A stretch of DNA of 63,769 nt, counting the filler, from Craspedostauros australis (lineage: Eukaryota): NCBI GenBank assembly GCA_030167865.1. It is 7 parts of 7 records of this genome, joined end to end, with 100 filler letters (N's around TTAATTAATTAA, not from the genome) between each part and the next. Parts side by side here need not be neighbours in the genome. Positions count along the whole stretch, not along the records: positions 1 to 6,178 come from JALAGF010006329.1; positions 6,279 to 14,909 come from JALAGF010006330.1; 5 more parts are not named here. The stretch is one strand, 5' to 3'. Positions 1 to 10,300 of the stretch are shown here, in pieces; positions within the stretch are counted from its first letter, which is position 1, and each line of letters begins with the position of its first letter. The notes beneath the pieces were generated by a model, which worked only from the letters and a program-made list of their open reading frames with translations, did not search any database and was not told the origin of the DNA. Both the position numbers and the translations under genes were made by a program.

Positions 1-81
1 AAGTGCGTATGAGAGAATAGCGGGTGAACGATGCACATATACACGTACATCTTGATATATACTCACATGTACATCTCGACA
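1..81. repeat. LTR terminus (ends ...TCGACA) of a retrotransposon inserted into the Copia gag
   Basis: Near-identical to 6281-6361. Both copies end in CA, interrupt a Copia ORF and diverge immediately after. Confidence 0.7.
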
Positions 82-990
82 CCCAACGACACCGCCAGTG
101 TAGCTGTCAACCAGGTCGGCGTATGCAGCTCTGCCATCACAAGTCTTCTTGAAGGCACGGACGATGCAGCGCCCTTTGGATGTCTTGACATGCTCGGTCA
201 AAACAGCGAAGAGGTACCGGTTCTGACTCGCGAAGAAGGTCTCATCCTTTGGAGCGGGGATGAAGTCCATGTCGAGGTGATGGTTCAATCCGTGGGAGAA
301 TGAGAGGGTCTCGAAGGTCCGCATGAAGGTGAGGAAGTGCTTGTCATCCTTGAGGGTAGGAAGAGACAAGGTCTTACGCTTGATGGCCTTGCTGAACTCC
401 TTGACGTAGTCAGCTGGAAGTTCCTCGGATCGGACGCCCTGGAAACCGGATGAGGTTGGCATGGAAGGGGTCACAGGTGGTTGGGGGTAGCCACCCCCGG
501 GTACCGAACCCAAAGGATCGAATGCGAAGTTCACATGCGGCGGTTCCTCGGGCACAGGACGAAATGCGGAAGGAGGAGTGGAATGGTTGTTCATCCCCAT
601 TGGAGATGGAATGGGTGAGCTTGCGTTCAAATGCGAGCGCGAAGAAGAAATGGAAGGGTTGCTCTGCTCAGCCGTGAATGCCATGAAGGTAGCCTGATCC
701 AGATTGTTCCAGGTATCATCATCCAGGATGGACTGGGTGAGGTACCACTTGCCAAGGTTCAGGATCTTGCGGATGTGGTTGATACCAAGGGATGCAGTGA
801 AGGGTTCGCCATCATCAGTGTGGCCACTGAGATGGAAGCTGCAAAGATCGTCCTCAGTGAGGGATACAAGGTCAAGAGGGCTGACAATGTCCTCATGAGC
901 GATGATGTCGCGAGGGGTAGAATCAGAAGGGATGCCAATGACGCCAAGGATATGGTCCAAGGTGGCGAGATCCGTCTCAGCAGTTGTCAT
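82..990 (-). CDS. Gag N-terminal part of a diatom (CoDi-like) Ty1/copia element, interrupted at 81
   Basis: Absent from the ORF track because the frame runs off the window. Manual translation gives MTTAETDLATLDHILG...EFSKAIKRKTLSLPTLKDDKHF...QNRYLFAVLTEHVKTSKGRCIV, resembling diatom Copia Gag. Confidence 0.75.
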
Positions 991-1298
991 GGTGGGAGAT
1001 GGATGGATGGGGAAAGAAGTTGCAGATGGATGGAACCGGAAGGTAGCTGGGACTGGAATGCACTGACTGGAATGTCTTCTGGTGCGAAAGGGGTGCTGCA
1101 GGGAAGTCTTGAGGTGCTGAATGGGAAGGCCCAATCTCAGCAGGAGAACCGAAAGAGAGGGGTACTGCGGATGCAGGAAGGCCAAAGGAAAGCCGAAATC
1201 ACGTCGTCACGTGAAGGAAGTGTGAAGGGATCACTCGTTGATGAACGAGGAATGAAGGTGGATGAAGTGTCATGCAATCAATTCAGTAGGTGAAAGCT

Positions 1299-1312
1299 TG
1301 CGACTGTTAATC
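1299..1312 (-). promoter_or_regulatory. Primer-binding site complementary to the anticodon arm of tRNA-Asn(GTT)
   Basis: Plus strand reads TGCGA-CTGTTAA-TC (stem, loop with GTT, two stem nt) and abuts TG at 1313, the 5' LTR boundary. Confidence 0.65.
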
Positions 1313-1765
1313 TGTTAGAACGAAATCAAAGATGGGTAGGGTACCGCACCGAAAACGCAGAGTGATCAATTCATAGTTATTGGTGAGGATGATTGTTTGT
1401 TATTGAGTTATTCGTATGAGTAGATGAAGACTGTTGAGTTCCAAAGATTGAGATCTTGGAACTGTGAGCATGAGAGGCAACTTGCAGGTCTCATGCGATT
1501 GCAGATGGAATATAACACAGAGACAACACGACAAATGTGCGTGTTACTGCGTGGGCTCAGATTTGCAAAGTCAGAAAAACAAACACCGCGATACGCCGTG
1601 TTGTAGTGTGCAACTCCTCACGATGTTGCGAGTAGAACGATCACACGATTGATCGTATTCACTCGAGAAGGTTGGGGACGGTTCCATATTTATTGGACCC
1701 AAGACCGAAGTCTGTCCTGATTGGACAGAGTGGTTCATCTTGGCAAGAAATTCATTTCCGCGACA
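1313..1765 (-). repeat. Probable 5' LTR of the Copia element (far boundary uncertain)
   Basis: Starts TGTTAG next to the PBS. The distal end at ...CGCGACA (1765) is only a guess. Confidence 0.4.
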
Positions 1766-1938
1766 TGTTGGAACTGGGATTGACGGGAAAACGGTTCTTG
1801 CGACGCGAAATGCGACACAAAATTGACACAACGGAATTTTGACCAGAATTTCCGTTCGGAACGGAAAAGGTAAGAAATGTGAAGATTTCTGATTGGTCGA
1901 CAGGTTTCGCTATTGTTAGGAATATAGCGTTGCGCTAA

Positions 1939-2257
1939 TATTTAACGTGTTCGAAACGCTCGAGGAGGAAGGAAAAAGCTGGAGACACCAACGTGAATGG
2001 ACACCTTTCGTTATTCACTTAGAACAGCAAAGAACTTTCCGAAAAACTACAGTGCGGAAAATGACGTTTGATCTACTCGACTCCAAATATTGGATGATCC
2101 ATAAAGCTTAAACTATGGACTTTGAGATTCTGGGTAATTTTCCTGTTGCTATGGAGACTATAAGGAGTAGAGTTACATGCTTGGTTCTGTTAAAATCGAA
2201 GAAAAAGTGCCACTCTACTTTACAAACGGTAGGTAGACTCACGCACATGGGTCTTAA
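1939..2257. repeat. Diverged non-coding repeat, probable DNA-element terminus, homologous to 16757-17068
   Basis: Six collinear conserved blocks at near-constant offset. Confidence 0.6.
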
Positions 2258-2330
2258 TTTCCACACTCCCAGATTATGGCAATGTGCGAGTAGTCGTACC
2301 TTGTATTATATTATGCAAAGTGTTGAATAG

Positions 2331-3560
2331 TCACAATGATGTTATCGACCTGAGGTCCATGGCTGTTGTGGATGGTTCAGTTGGGATTGAGGAACGATGG
2401 TTTGAGACGGATGAAGGAGTACTCCNNNNNNNNNNNNNNNNNNNNNNNNNNNNNNNNNNNNNNNNNNNNNNNNNNTTCGAGAACATGATGAGATTATTCT
2501 GAGCAAAAGAATCAAAGAAGTTGACCAGCACCTTGGTTTGTCTTTGCAACGGCGATTCTACTTGCGCATTCGGGGCCTTGGCGTCTTCATCGCGGAGTCG
2601 TGGTGGGACATGGATCTCGATCAGAATCTGCCTAATCTTCTCGTACTTGGTGAAGTCTTCGTAGGAGATGTACTCGCAACCCTCGCAGTCGATCTTGAAG
2701 AGATCGATGACTCGGTCCTGGTGTCCCAACCGTTTGATGATCTCGAACAGATCGACGAACATGTGAGCCTTGCCGGCTGGGAGGTCGGAGTCTTGGGTCT
2801 TGGATCCCTTGTATCCCCACTGATGGAAGTGGATGTTCCTCTCAGCGTTCTCCTTGCGGTCGTAGTTACGTGAAAAATCGAACACGTGGATTTCGCACGC
2901 CTCCCTGCCAAGCTGTCCATAGATGGCATCCTCGAAGAGGTAATTCCCTTTGCTTCCGATGGAGTAGACGAGGCAGCCGTACTTCGATGCATCGTACTCA
3001 GCTGTGGCTACAGCAGCAGCAGTAGACGATGGTGAGTCGCCGCCGTCGTCAGCGTTGATGGAAATGCGCTTGCCACTTGCTACATCTGCCTTCCAACGAT
3101 CCTGACCGATGTCCTTGAGACGATCCAGGTTGCAAGTCCATTTGGGACCGTCTCCGATGCCGCCGATTCGTTTGTTGTACGGGCATGCAAAGTAGGGGTC
3201 GTAGTTGAAGAAGAACCATAAGTGCACTCCTTCGGCGAGCCATCTCTCTGGCTTGTCCGGGTACTTGTGGAAGCCAAAGCTTCGAGCCCAGGACTGTGCT
3301 TGTTTCCATTTGTCATTGGAGATGCCATCCAGCACGCCGTAGGACTCATCGTACGCCAACTTGAAATGCTGCTCAAGGTCATCCTTCGGCTTGCTCTCCG
3401 TATTGCTTGCAGCGGATATGTCATATCCTACGAAACTCACCGGGGTGGTTTTGATGCAGGCCAAGAGCTGGACGCCGGATAGCACGACCCCGATCGCCAG
3501 AATAACCCTCCCGCAGGAATAGCCTCTCGTTGATGCCTGCTGCTTCTGCTGAGGCTTCAT
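2331..3560 (-). CDS. Methyltransf_22 / METTL24-like methyltransferase with N-terminal membrane anchor (3' end uncertain, N gap)
   Basis: Motifs GDGPKWTC, CLVYSIGS, CEIHVFD, IDLFKIDCEGCEY, QILIEIH; hydrophobic N-terminus. Confidence 0.8.
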   Translation of the reverse strand: MKPQQKQQASTRGYSCGRVILAIGVVLSGVQLLACIKTTPVSFVGYDISAASNTESKPKDDLEQHFKLAYDESYGVLDGISNDKWKQAQSWARSFGFHKYPDKPERWLAEGVHLWFFFNYDPYFACPYNKRIGGIGDGPKWTCNLDRLKDIGQDRWKADVASGKRISINADDGGDSPSSTAAAVATAEYDASKYGCLVYSIGSKGNYLFEDAIYGQLGREACEIHVFDFSRNYDRKENAERNIHFHQWGYKGSKTQDSDLPAGKAHMFVDLFEIIKRLGHQDRVIDLFKIDCEGCEYISYEDFTKYEKIRQILIEIHVPPRLRDEDAKAPNAQVESPLQRQTKVLVNFFDSFAQNNLIMFSXXXXXXXXXXXXXXXXXXSTPSSVSNHRSSIPTEPSTTAMDLRSITSL

Positions 3561-4546
3561 CTCTGTGCCTTCGTTGATGTACTAGTCCAGGTAGCACGTG
3601 TACTACATGGATTCCTGACGGCAACGGCGACAGCGACGGCAATGACAGTGGCAGTTGGTGATCTTCCGACACCTCTCCGTCAGCTCAACTCGACTCAGCC
3701 AGGCTTGGTGTGGGCGCTCCCTCCGGCTGGTGTTTGTGGGTGGACTGAGAGGCGACGTTTTGCCTTGTGCTGCGATCAAAGATTTGTCGTGTTGTGTCGT
3801 GTCGTGTCGTGTCGTGTTGTATCGTTGTGCTTCTGTGTTCGTGTGTGCCTGTTTTGCACGTGATGTCCGCTGCGTTTCGTCCCGTTCTGTGTTCCTTGTG
3901 GTGTTGCTGTGTGTTCTCGTTTTGCTGTTGTGGCTTTCGCAGGGGTTCGAGTGGCTCTTTTTGGCGTGGCCGGCGACTCCAGCCAATCAAATGTCTTAGA
4001 CTCTATCGCTGGCACGAGCAAGCCATCCCATTGAAGGGTGCATTGAGGGGAGTTTGGGTCATTTCTCCCGAGCTTTGTTGCGCTTGGGGTACCGATCCAC
4101 GTAGGTCCCAGTTCGTTGTCGGGCATGTGGTATTCTTGGCGTGATGGATAGTAGCAGTAGTGCTCTATTGTTACGAGAAGGGGGAGTGGGTCCAGCCACC
4201 TGACTGTGATCGATTCACTCGAGTGGATACCGTAGGTAGTCCCAAAATCCGAGGGGATCCTGAGAGTTCCATCTGCATCACTGCCTGCATATCGAGTCCA
4301 GTCCCGATTCATCTTCATATAGCAAATGCTATCTTGCAAGAAGCTTATCCATTTGGATATGGGGTGCCCGAAGCAAAGTGCTCGCGACCTGGGTCGCTGC
4401 CACATCCCAAAGTGACGTACGTCACTCAGCCTCTCACTTGATCCTGCAATGCCGATATTCCGAGAACCGCTTGTCGGTTGAGTGCCGAAATCCTTCCCCC
4501 TCCGGGTCCCAGCTGCTTTCCCTTCTTCGTTCGGACGCCAATCCGA

Positions 4547-6103
4547 TCAAAGGGCAGCGGAATATCGTAGCAGGGACGGCAGCATCTGCATGACGTCCCC
4601 GTAATGTTGTTGCATCTGCAACCTCGGCTGCCTCCCAGCCGCTGCCTCAAATCGACGCCATCTGTTGTTCAGGTCAACGTCGCGCTCATCTACCTTCTGG
4701 TTGATGGCCTGTGTGTTGGAGCCTCTGCGAAAGCTCCGTCCCACTGCGTACTCCTCAGTGACATCGAGATGCAATGGTATGAGATCTGGTCTGTCATCCT
4801 GGATCTCCAAGAGGACTTCATGGATCTTGGGTTGAAGTTTGACCGGCTTGATTCGATCTCCCATCGAGGATCGAAAGACAGGTCCATCGATCACTGTTCG
4901 CTTCTCGTACCAGACCAGCATTCGATCCACCCATGCCGCTGGTTTCAAGCCGGAGCGAGATTCCAGCGCTATTGGCATCAAATGGTATTTCTCTCCAGTC
5001 TCCGTCTTGAATCGCCCCAGCAAGGCGATGACCGTGTGTCTCAAGGTTGGGTCCCTGTGGTTCGTGCCCATGTTGTGGTGCTTCCGCATTCCCACGAGAT
5101 CGCACAGCACCACTTCTTCTGCTCTGAGTCCACCCATGAAAGCGAGCACCGCAAAGAGTGCCGGGAACAAGATGTGCTCCATGTCCGAGTCCGACCACCC
5201 GTTCGCGATGCCTTCACACCATCTGTTCTCAAACCGAGCCATGAGCTCGAGCATTACTCCGATCGAAATAGCCAGGTCAGGGCAGGTTTTGTCTCCCATA
5301 CGGCTGTGCATTCCCCTGGTGAAGCGCTCAAACCATACCCTGCTGGAGGGACTGGTCGTCATCTCGAACTTCTGGGCTTTGCGTACCGCTACTGTCTGTG
5401 CATCTGCACTGTTGGCAGAGGCCTGCCAAAGGTTGAAGTAGGATGATCTCATCTTCCGAACCGTGTTGAACTGGACCGTTGGCTCGTTCTTTCCTGTGTC
5501 GAGCGATCTGTAGAGTAGATTCACCGCAAGAAACATGCCGATCTCGTCTTCCACTTTCGTTGGGCCCAGAGGTGGGAGATTGTATGTTGGTGACAATCCC
5601 AGTGCACTGGACTGCATGACCATCCGGTGTAGGTGAGACCAGTTCCGTGCCACGGTGGAGCTCTCTCGACTCCAGAACGCATCGAGGTTCGCTCGCTTGA
5701 TGAACTTCATGAGAGCGGAGTCCTTTCCGCTTCCCACCACTGGATCCCTCTGTTGCAAGTTGCGGAAGTGACACAGCTCGCACTGGAAGCTGAGCATAAG
5801 GTGGTCCCCAAGGCGGGCGTGCTGGAAGCGGCGTTCGTCCAGCTTGAACTGCATGACATTGCCATCTTCGTCCACTGGTCTGCGGATCGGGAACGTGTCG
5901 TCGCCAAGGAGATGGTAGCAGTTACCGCACCATGTCCCACGACACTCGCTGTCGAAGCCTCGCTTGTGACAGTAGTTCGCGTAGAACAGCCCTGCTCCCT
6001 TCCGCACCTGTCTCCCACACTGCTTGCAACTCCCGCTTAGCTCGTGAAATGGTGGGTGAGTTTTTGTATTTCCAAGGGGAAGTTTTGCTGAGAGGAAGAA
6101 CAA
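4547..6103 (-). CDS. Tyrosine recombinase of a DIRS/Ngaro-like retroelement
   Basis: Catalytic pattern GLRAEE (R), GRFKTE (K), GRSFRRG, NRW, MQQHY (Y); Cys-rich N-terminus (CELCHFRN). Confidence 0.8.
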   Translation of the reverse strand: MFFLSAKLPLGNTKTHPPFHELSGSCKQCGRQVRKGAGLFYANYCHKRGFDSECRGTWCGNCYHLLGDDTFPIRRPVDEDGNVMQFKLDERRFQHARLGDHLMLSFQCELCHFRNLQQRDPVVGSGKDSALMKFIKRANLDAFWSRESSTVARNWSHLHRMVMQSSALGLSPTYNLPPLGPTKVEDEIGMFLAVNLLYRSLDTGKNEPTVQFNTVRKMRSSYFNLWQASANSADAQTVAVRKAQKFEMTTSPSSRVWFERFTRGMHSRMGDKTCPDLAISIGVMLELMARFENRWCEGIANGWSDSDMEHILFPALFAVLAFMGGLRAEEVVLCDLVGMRKHHNMGTNHRDPTLRHTVIALLGRFKTETGEKYHLMPIALESRSGLKPAAWVDRMLVWYEKRTVIDGPVFRSSMGDRIKPVKLQPKIHEVLLEIQDDRPDLIPLHLDVTEEYAVGRSFRRGSNTQAINQKVDERDVDLNNRWRRFEAAAGRQPRLQMQQHYGDVMQMLPSLLRYSAAL

Positions 6104-6178
6104 GGAAGAGTGTGAGGGGTTCGAGTTGTACAGTATCCCACCAGCTGGCCATTCCTGCCTTCACCATCATGTCGAAAT
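5922..6178 (-). CDS. Probable C-terminus of the upstream (pol-like) ORF of the same element, overlapping the recombinase ORF
   Basis: Open frame running from the contig end (…EPLTLFLVLPLSKTSPW…) into the YR ORF; overlapping ORFs are typical of YR retroelements. Confidence 0.5.
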
Positions 6179-6278
6179 NNNNNNNNNNNNNNNNNNNNNN
6201 NNNNNNNNNNNNNNNNNNNNNNTTAATTAATTAANNNNNNNNNNNNNNNNNNNNNNNNNNNNNNNNNNNNNNNNNNNN
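6179..6278. other. Artificial contig linker (also 14910-15009, 20766-20865, 26247-26346, 56654-56753, 62535-62634)
   Basis: About 44 N + TTAATTAATTAA (stops in six frames) + 44 N. Confidence 0.97.
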
Positions 6279-6361
6279 CCAAGTGCGTATGAGAGAATAG
6301 CGGGTGAACGATGCACATATACTCGTACATCTCGACATATACTCACATGTACATCTCGACA
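6279..6361. repeat. LTR terminus, same family as 1-81, inserted downstream of the host integrase
   Basis: Near-identical to 1-81 over 81 nt; ends in CA. Confidence 0.7.
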
Positions 6362-7045
6362 TCTCTGGAGACGAGTCTCTTGATGATGAGTCGTCGTCTG
6401 CGTTCATCACTCTGGATATGTTGGCATCCTTGATACCCTTGAACTCTCCATACGACTTATTCAACCATGTTACGTCTCGAGTCATCAGGATTCTCGAGGT
6501 AGCAAGGTTCATCATNNNNNNNNNNNNNNNNNNNNNNNNNNNNNNNNNNNNNNNNNNNNNNNNNNNNNNNNNNCGGTCGTCTAGCTTGGCCTTGATAGTC
6601 TGTCCACCGATGTGTACCATCCCCATTTCACCGAACACACGCAGGTCATTTGCATACTTTGGGATTTTTCCGTTTAACAGTATACACGCTGGTTCCCTTG
6701 ACTTCGTGCCAATGATGTTCTCCAGCTGCGTCGCCGTGTGAGCAGCCTCTGCCCACAGCTTCCCTCGCGTTGTTTTTGGTAGATGGGTTTGGTTCAGCAT
6801 GGCGCGTACTTTGCCGTAGAGTGTCGCGAATTTCCTTTCGACNNNNNNNNNNNNNNNNNNNNNNGATGCCGCAGTGTACTCGAAGGTTGGGGCGAATCCC
6901 TTGTTAAGTAAGAGTTTCTCTGTAGAACGATTCTCTCCTGCGTTGTCACATCTGACATTTTGAACCGTTACTCGCGGATTCGCTTGGAGCCATTGGAACA
7001 ACAAAAGCATCTTCGACCCCACGTCGCCTTTCTCTGTGATGAAGT
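6362..7045 (-). pseudogene. Integrase core/C-terminus of the host Copia element, continuing from 12428
   Basis: VRCDNAGEN, VERKFATL, LWAEAA, LRVFG, KLDD, TRDVTW. Rejoins ...DDYSDYCWSYF once the nested element is removed. Confidence 0.9.
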
Positions 7046-7321
7046 TGTTGGTGTTTGTGGTGGCCAAGGTCCACGTGGCAGAGCAGAAGAGCACAACAAT
7101 GACCCAAATGACCGGGCAGAGGCAAAGATACGCAGCCGCGGAGCACAGCACGACGAAGCACGAAGCACGGCAACAGCAAGAAGCAAGAAAACAACCCCAT
7201 AAAATCAAACAAACAGTATCCGACGAAACAACCACACGTGAACTCGCACAGTGCATGCTCTGGCTCCACCCTTCAGCTCAGAGCTGAGTAGGGAACCGTG
7301 CACACCGCTGTTGCATCAACA
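7046..7321 (+). repeat. 5' LTR
   Basis: Direct repeat of 12152-12427. Confidence 0.97.
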
Positions 7322-7337
7322 TACTGTTTGTTTGATT
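7322..7337 (+). promoter_or_regulatory. Primer-binding site complementary to the element's own LTR (7203-7218)
   Basis: TACTGTTTGTTTGATT is the exact reverse complement of AATCAAACAAACAGTA; no TGG start expected for a tRNA 3' end. Confidence 0.75.
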
Positions 7338-7355
7338 CTCCGCTCTATCACAACG

Positions 7356-10300
7356 ATGAGCAGCGACGTCAAGCCACCCAACCCGGCAAAGCCGAAGGCA
7401 GAAGGTGGCAGCAACAACAACAACAACAACAAAGGCAAACAACGCAACAAGCCGTACACCCCGTTCGCAAAGCCCGCCAAGTTCGAAGGCGCGTGCGCAG
7501 ACCTGAAGGGACACGTCTTTGATTGTGCTGCCGTCCGATCAAGACAAGTCGATGAGTACAGCAAGACCATCGAAGCCATCACCACATACGTGGGGACACA
7601 ATACGGACCACTCATCAGCATGGCGGTGGAGAACCTCACCGAACCAACCATCAATGAACCAGACGACTATCCTGCCAATGCGACAGACATTCAAAAGGAC
7701 AAATGGAAGCGGCAATACGCCCTCTACACAACACGCCTGCTCAACGCTGAGACCGATTACCAGAAGGTGTATTCGCTAGTCTGGGGCCAATGCTCCGATA
7801 TCATGCGCACCAGGATCCAAGAATCCGATGACTACACATCCACATCCACCAGCCGCAACACTGCTGGCCTCCTCAAGATCATCAAGAGCGTGGTATTCAA
7901 TTACCAAACGCACGAGCAGGGCACAGTTGCAGCATGCATGATCATGCAAGAACTCATGGGGCTTCGCCAAAAGCGACGACAGCCAGTGCAGGAGTACTAC
8001 GAGTCTTTCCTGAACCTCTCCGAAGTCAACGACTCAATCAAGACCTCCATCTCCGAAGTGGGCTGCATCATCGAAGCAGTCACCAAGGACAGATCGATCA
8101 CCAGTCCAAGCGCAGCACAGAAGAAGATCATCGCAGCTGCTGCCAAGCAGCGGTTCCTGGCGGTGCAATTCATCCTCGGAGCAGACCGCCACCGTTTTGG
8201 TTCTCTCATCGAGGAGCTACGCAACGACCACATCAAGGGGTCAGACCGTTACCCAACAACCATGGTTGCAGCACTCACCATGCTCAGCCATTGGTCGAAG
8301 GATCCACGTAACGTCCCCGGCATCCACACTCCAAAGGATACCGGGATGGCCTTCGTGAATGCCGATACAACCAAGGCGACATGCACACGCTGTGGGCGCT
8401 CCAACCACACTGATGAGCAATGCCACGCGAAGTACCACAGCAATGGCACTGTACTGGTACACAGCACAGAGGAATGCGACAACAACGACTTCGTGTTCCT
8501 CCATGCTCACATGTCCGGGAGTGCTGCACATACACACAATCAAGACACTGGCATCATCCCACGTTCGTGGATCCTACTCGACAACCAGTCAACCGTGGAT
8601 GTCTTCAGCAACCATCAGCTGCTCAAGGACATCCACACAACCAACAACGCACTCACCATCCACTGCAACGCCGGCACCGCCACCACCAACCAGCGCGGCA
8701 CCCTCCCTGGATACGGCGATGTCTGGTATCACCCCACAGGCGTTGCCAACATCCTCTCACTAAGCAAGGTGAAGGGTCGCTTCCGGGTCACATATGACAG
8801 CACTGGCGCCAACAGTTTCACTGTACACAAAGAGGATGGGTCAACACAGTCATTCCGCGAGTCGGCAGGAGGACTGTTCTACCTTGACACCGGCCGCATC
8901 ACGGGAGTGACAATGATTAGCACTGTAGACGATAACAGAAATAGCTTCTCGTCATTCGATTACTCGCAGGCCAAGCTGGCCAGGTCCATTCAACAACGTA
9001 TAGGTCGTCCCACCTCGCGCAACTTCATTCGATATGTGCACAATGGCCTCATCCCCAACTGTCCCATCACCACCAAGGATATCCGCACTGCTGACCTCAT
9101 CTTTGGTCCAGATGTGGCATCCTTGAAAGGGAGGACTGTCAGACAGGTGTCGCCAGCTGTTCGTGCACAGATTGCACAGCTACCAGCAAACATCATGCAA
9201 CAGTACCGAGACGTGCAGCTGTCGGTTGACATCATGGTCGTCAATGGCATCAAGTTCCTTGTGTCTGTTGCGAAACACATCAAGTTTGGAACGGTCACGA
9301 AACTGGACTCGGCGAGCAACAAACACCTCAACACGCAATTCAACAAATTGATACAACTCTACAAGCAACGTGGGTTCCGCGTCACCATCATCATGGTTGA
9401 TAACCAGTTCGAATCCCTTCGTGGCGACCTGGCGGAACATGGAGTCAGTATCAACGTTACGTCCAGGGACGAGCATGTGCCTGAAGTCGAGCGCTACATT
9501 CGTACCATCAAGGAGAAAACCAGATCGACATATCACAGCCTACCATTCAAGCACTACCCACCAATGCTCATCATCGAGATGGTCAACCACTCAGTCTTCT
9601 GGCTCAATATGTTCCCACATCCCAATGGAGTGAGCAAGCGGATGAGTCCGTCTGAGATAGTGGTCGGGCGAAAGATCGACTACAACACACATTGTCGGAT
9701 TGAGTTCGGCAGCTATGTGCACACTCATGAACAACATGATAACACCATGCGACCAAGAACAGTCGGAGCCATCACACTCCGACCATCCGGCAATGTTCAG
9801 GGCGGGCACGTATTCTTCAGCCTCGAGACCGGTATGCGAATCCATAGACGATCATGGACAGAGCTGCCCATGACACAAACAGTCATCGATCGTGTCCACG
9901 CAATGGCGAAGGCAGCCAAAGCAAACAAACAACTGAACTTTGCCACTCAGCGAGGTCTCGAGTTGTATCCCATTGCTGATGATGATGACAGCGATGATGA
10001 CAATGATGATCAATCCGATGCCAGCGACAGCCACGACGACGATGATGATGATGATGACGACTTCAGTGACGACGATGACGAATCCAGTGATGAAGACGAT
10101 GACGATGATGACTCCAACGACACAAGCAACGATGAATCCGATGAGGACTCCATTGACAGCGATGACGACAACAACGATGGAGACATCAATGAGGACCCAG
10201 ATGGCCCAATCTATGACATCCAACCAATCGCCGGCCAAGACAACGAACCAGATGTCTTCGATGACCCACAAGAGGATGCACAAGAGGAACAACCAAACAT

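Noticed and set aside
3990..4546. Hammerhead ribozyme in the YR element tail
   Set aside because: No CUGAUGA/GAAA core with flanking stems was found by eye.
6179..6278. Recurring TTAATTAATTAA within N runs (six times)
   Set aside because: Artificial contig linker. Adjacency across linkers has no biological meaning, and ORFs ending there are truncated.
7251..7355. Upstream GTG start of Gag-Pol given in the ORF track
   Set aside because: It lies in the LTR/PBS; the ATG at 7356 is more plausible.
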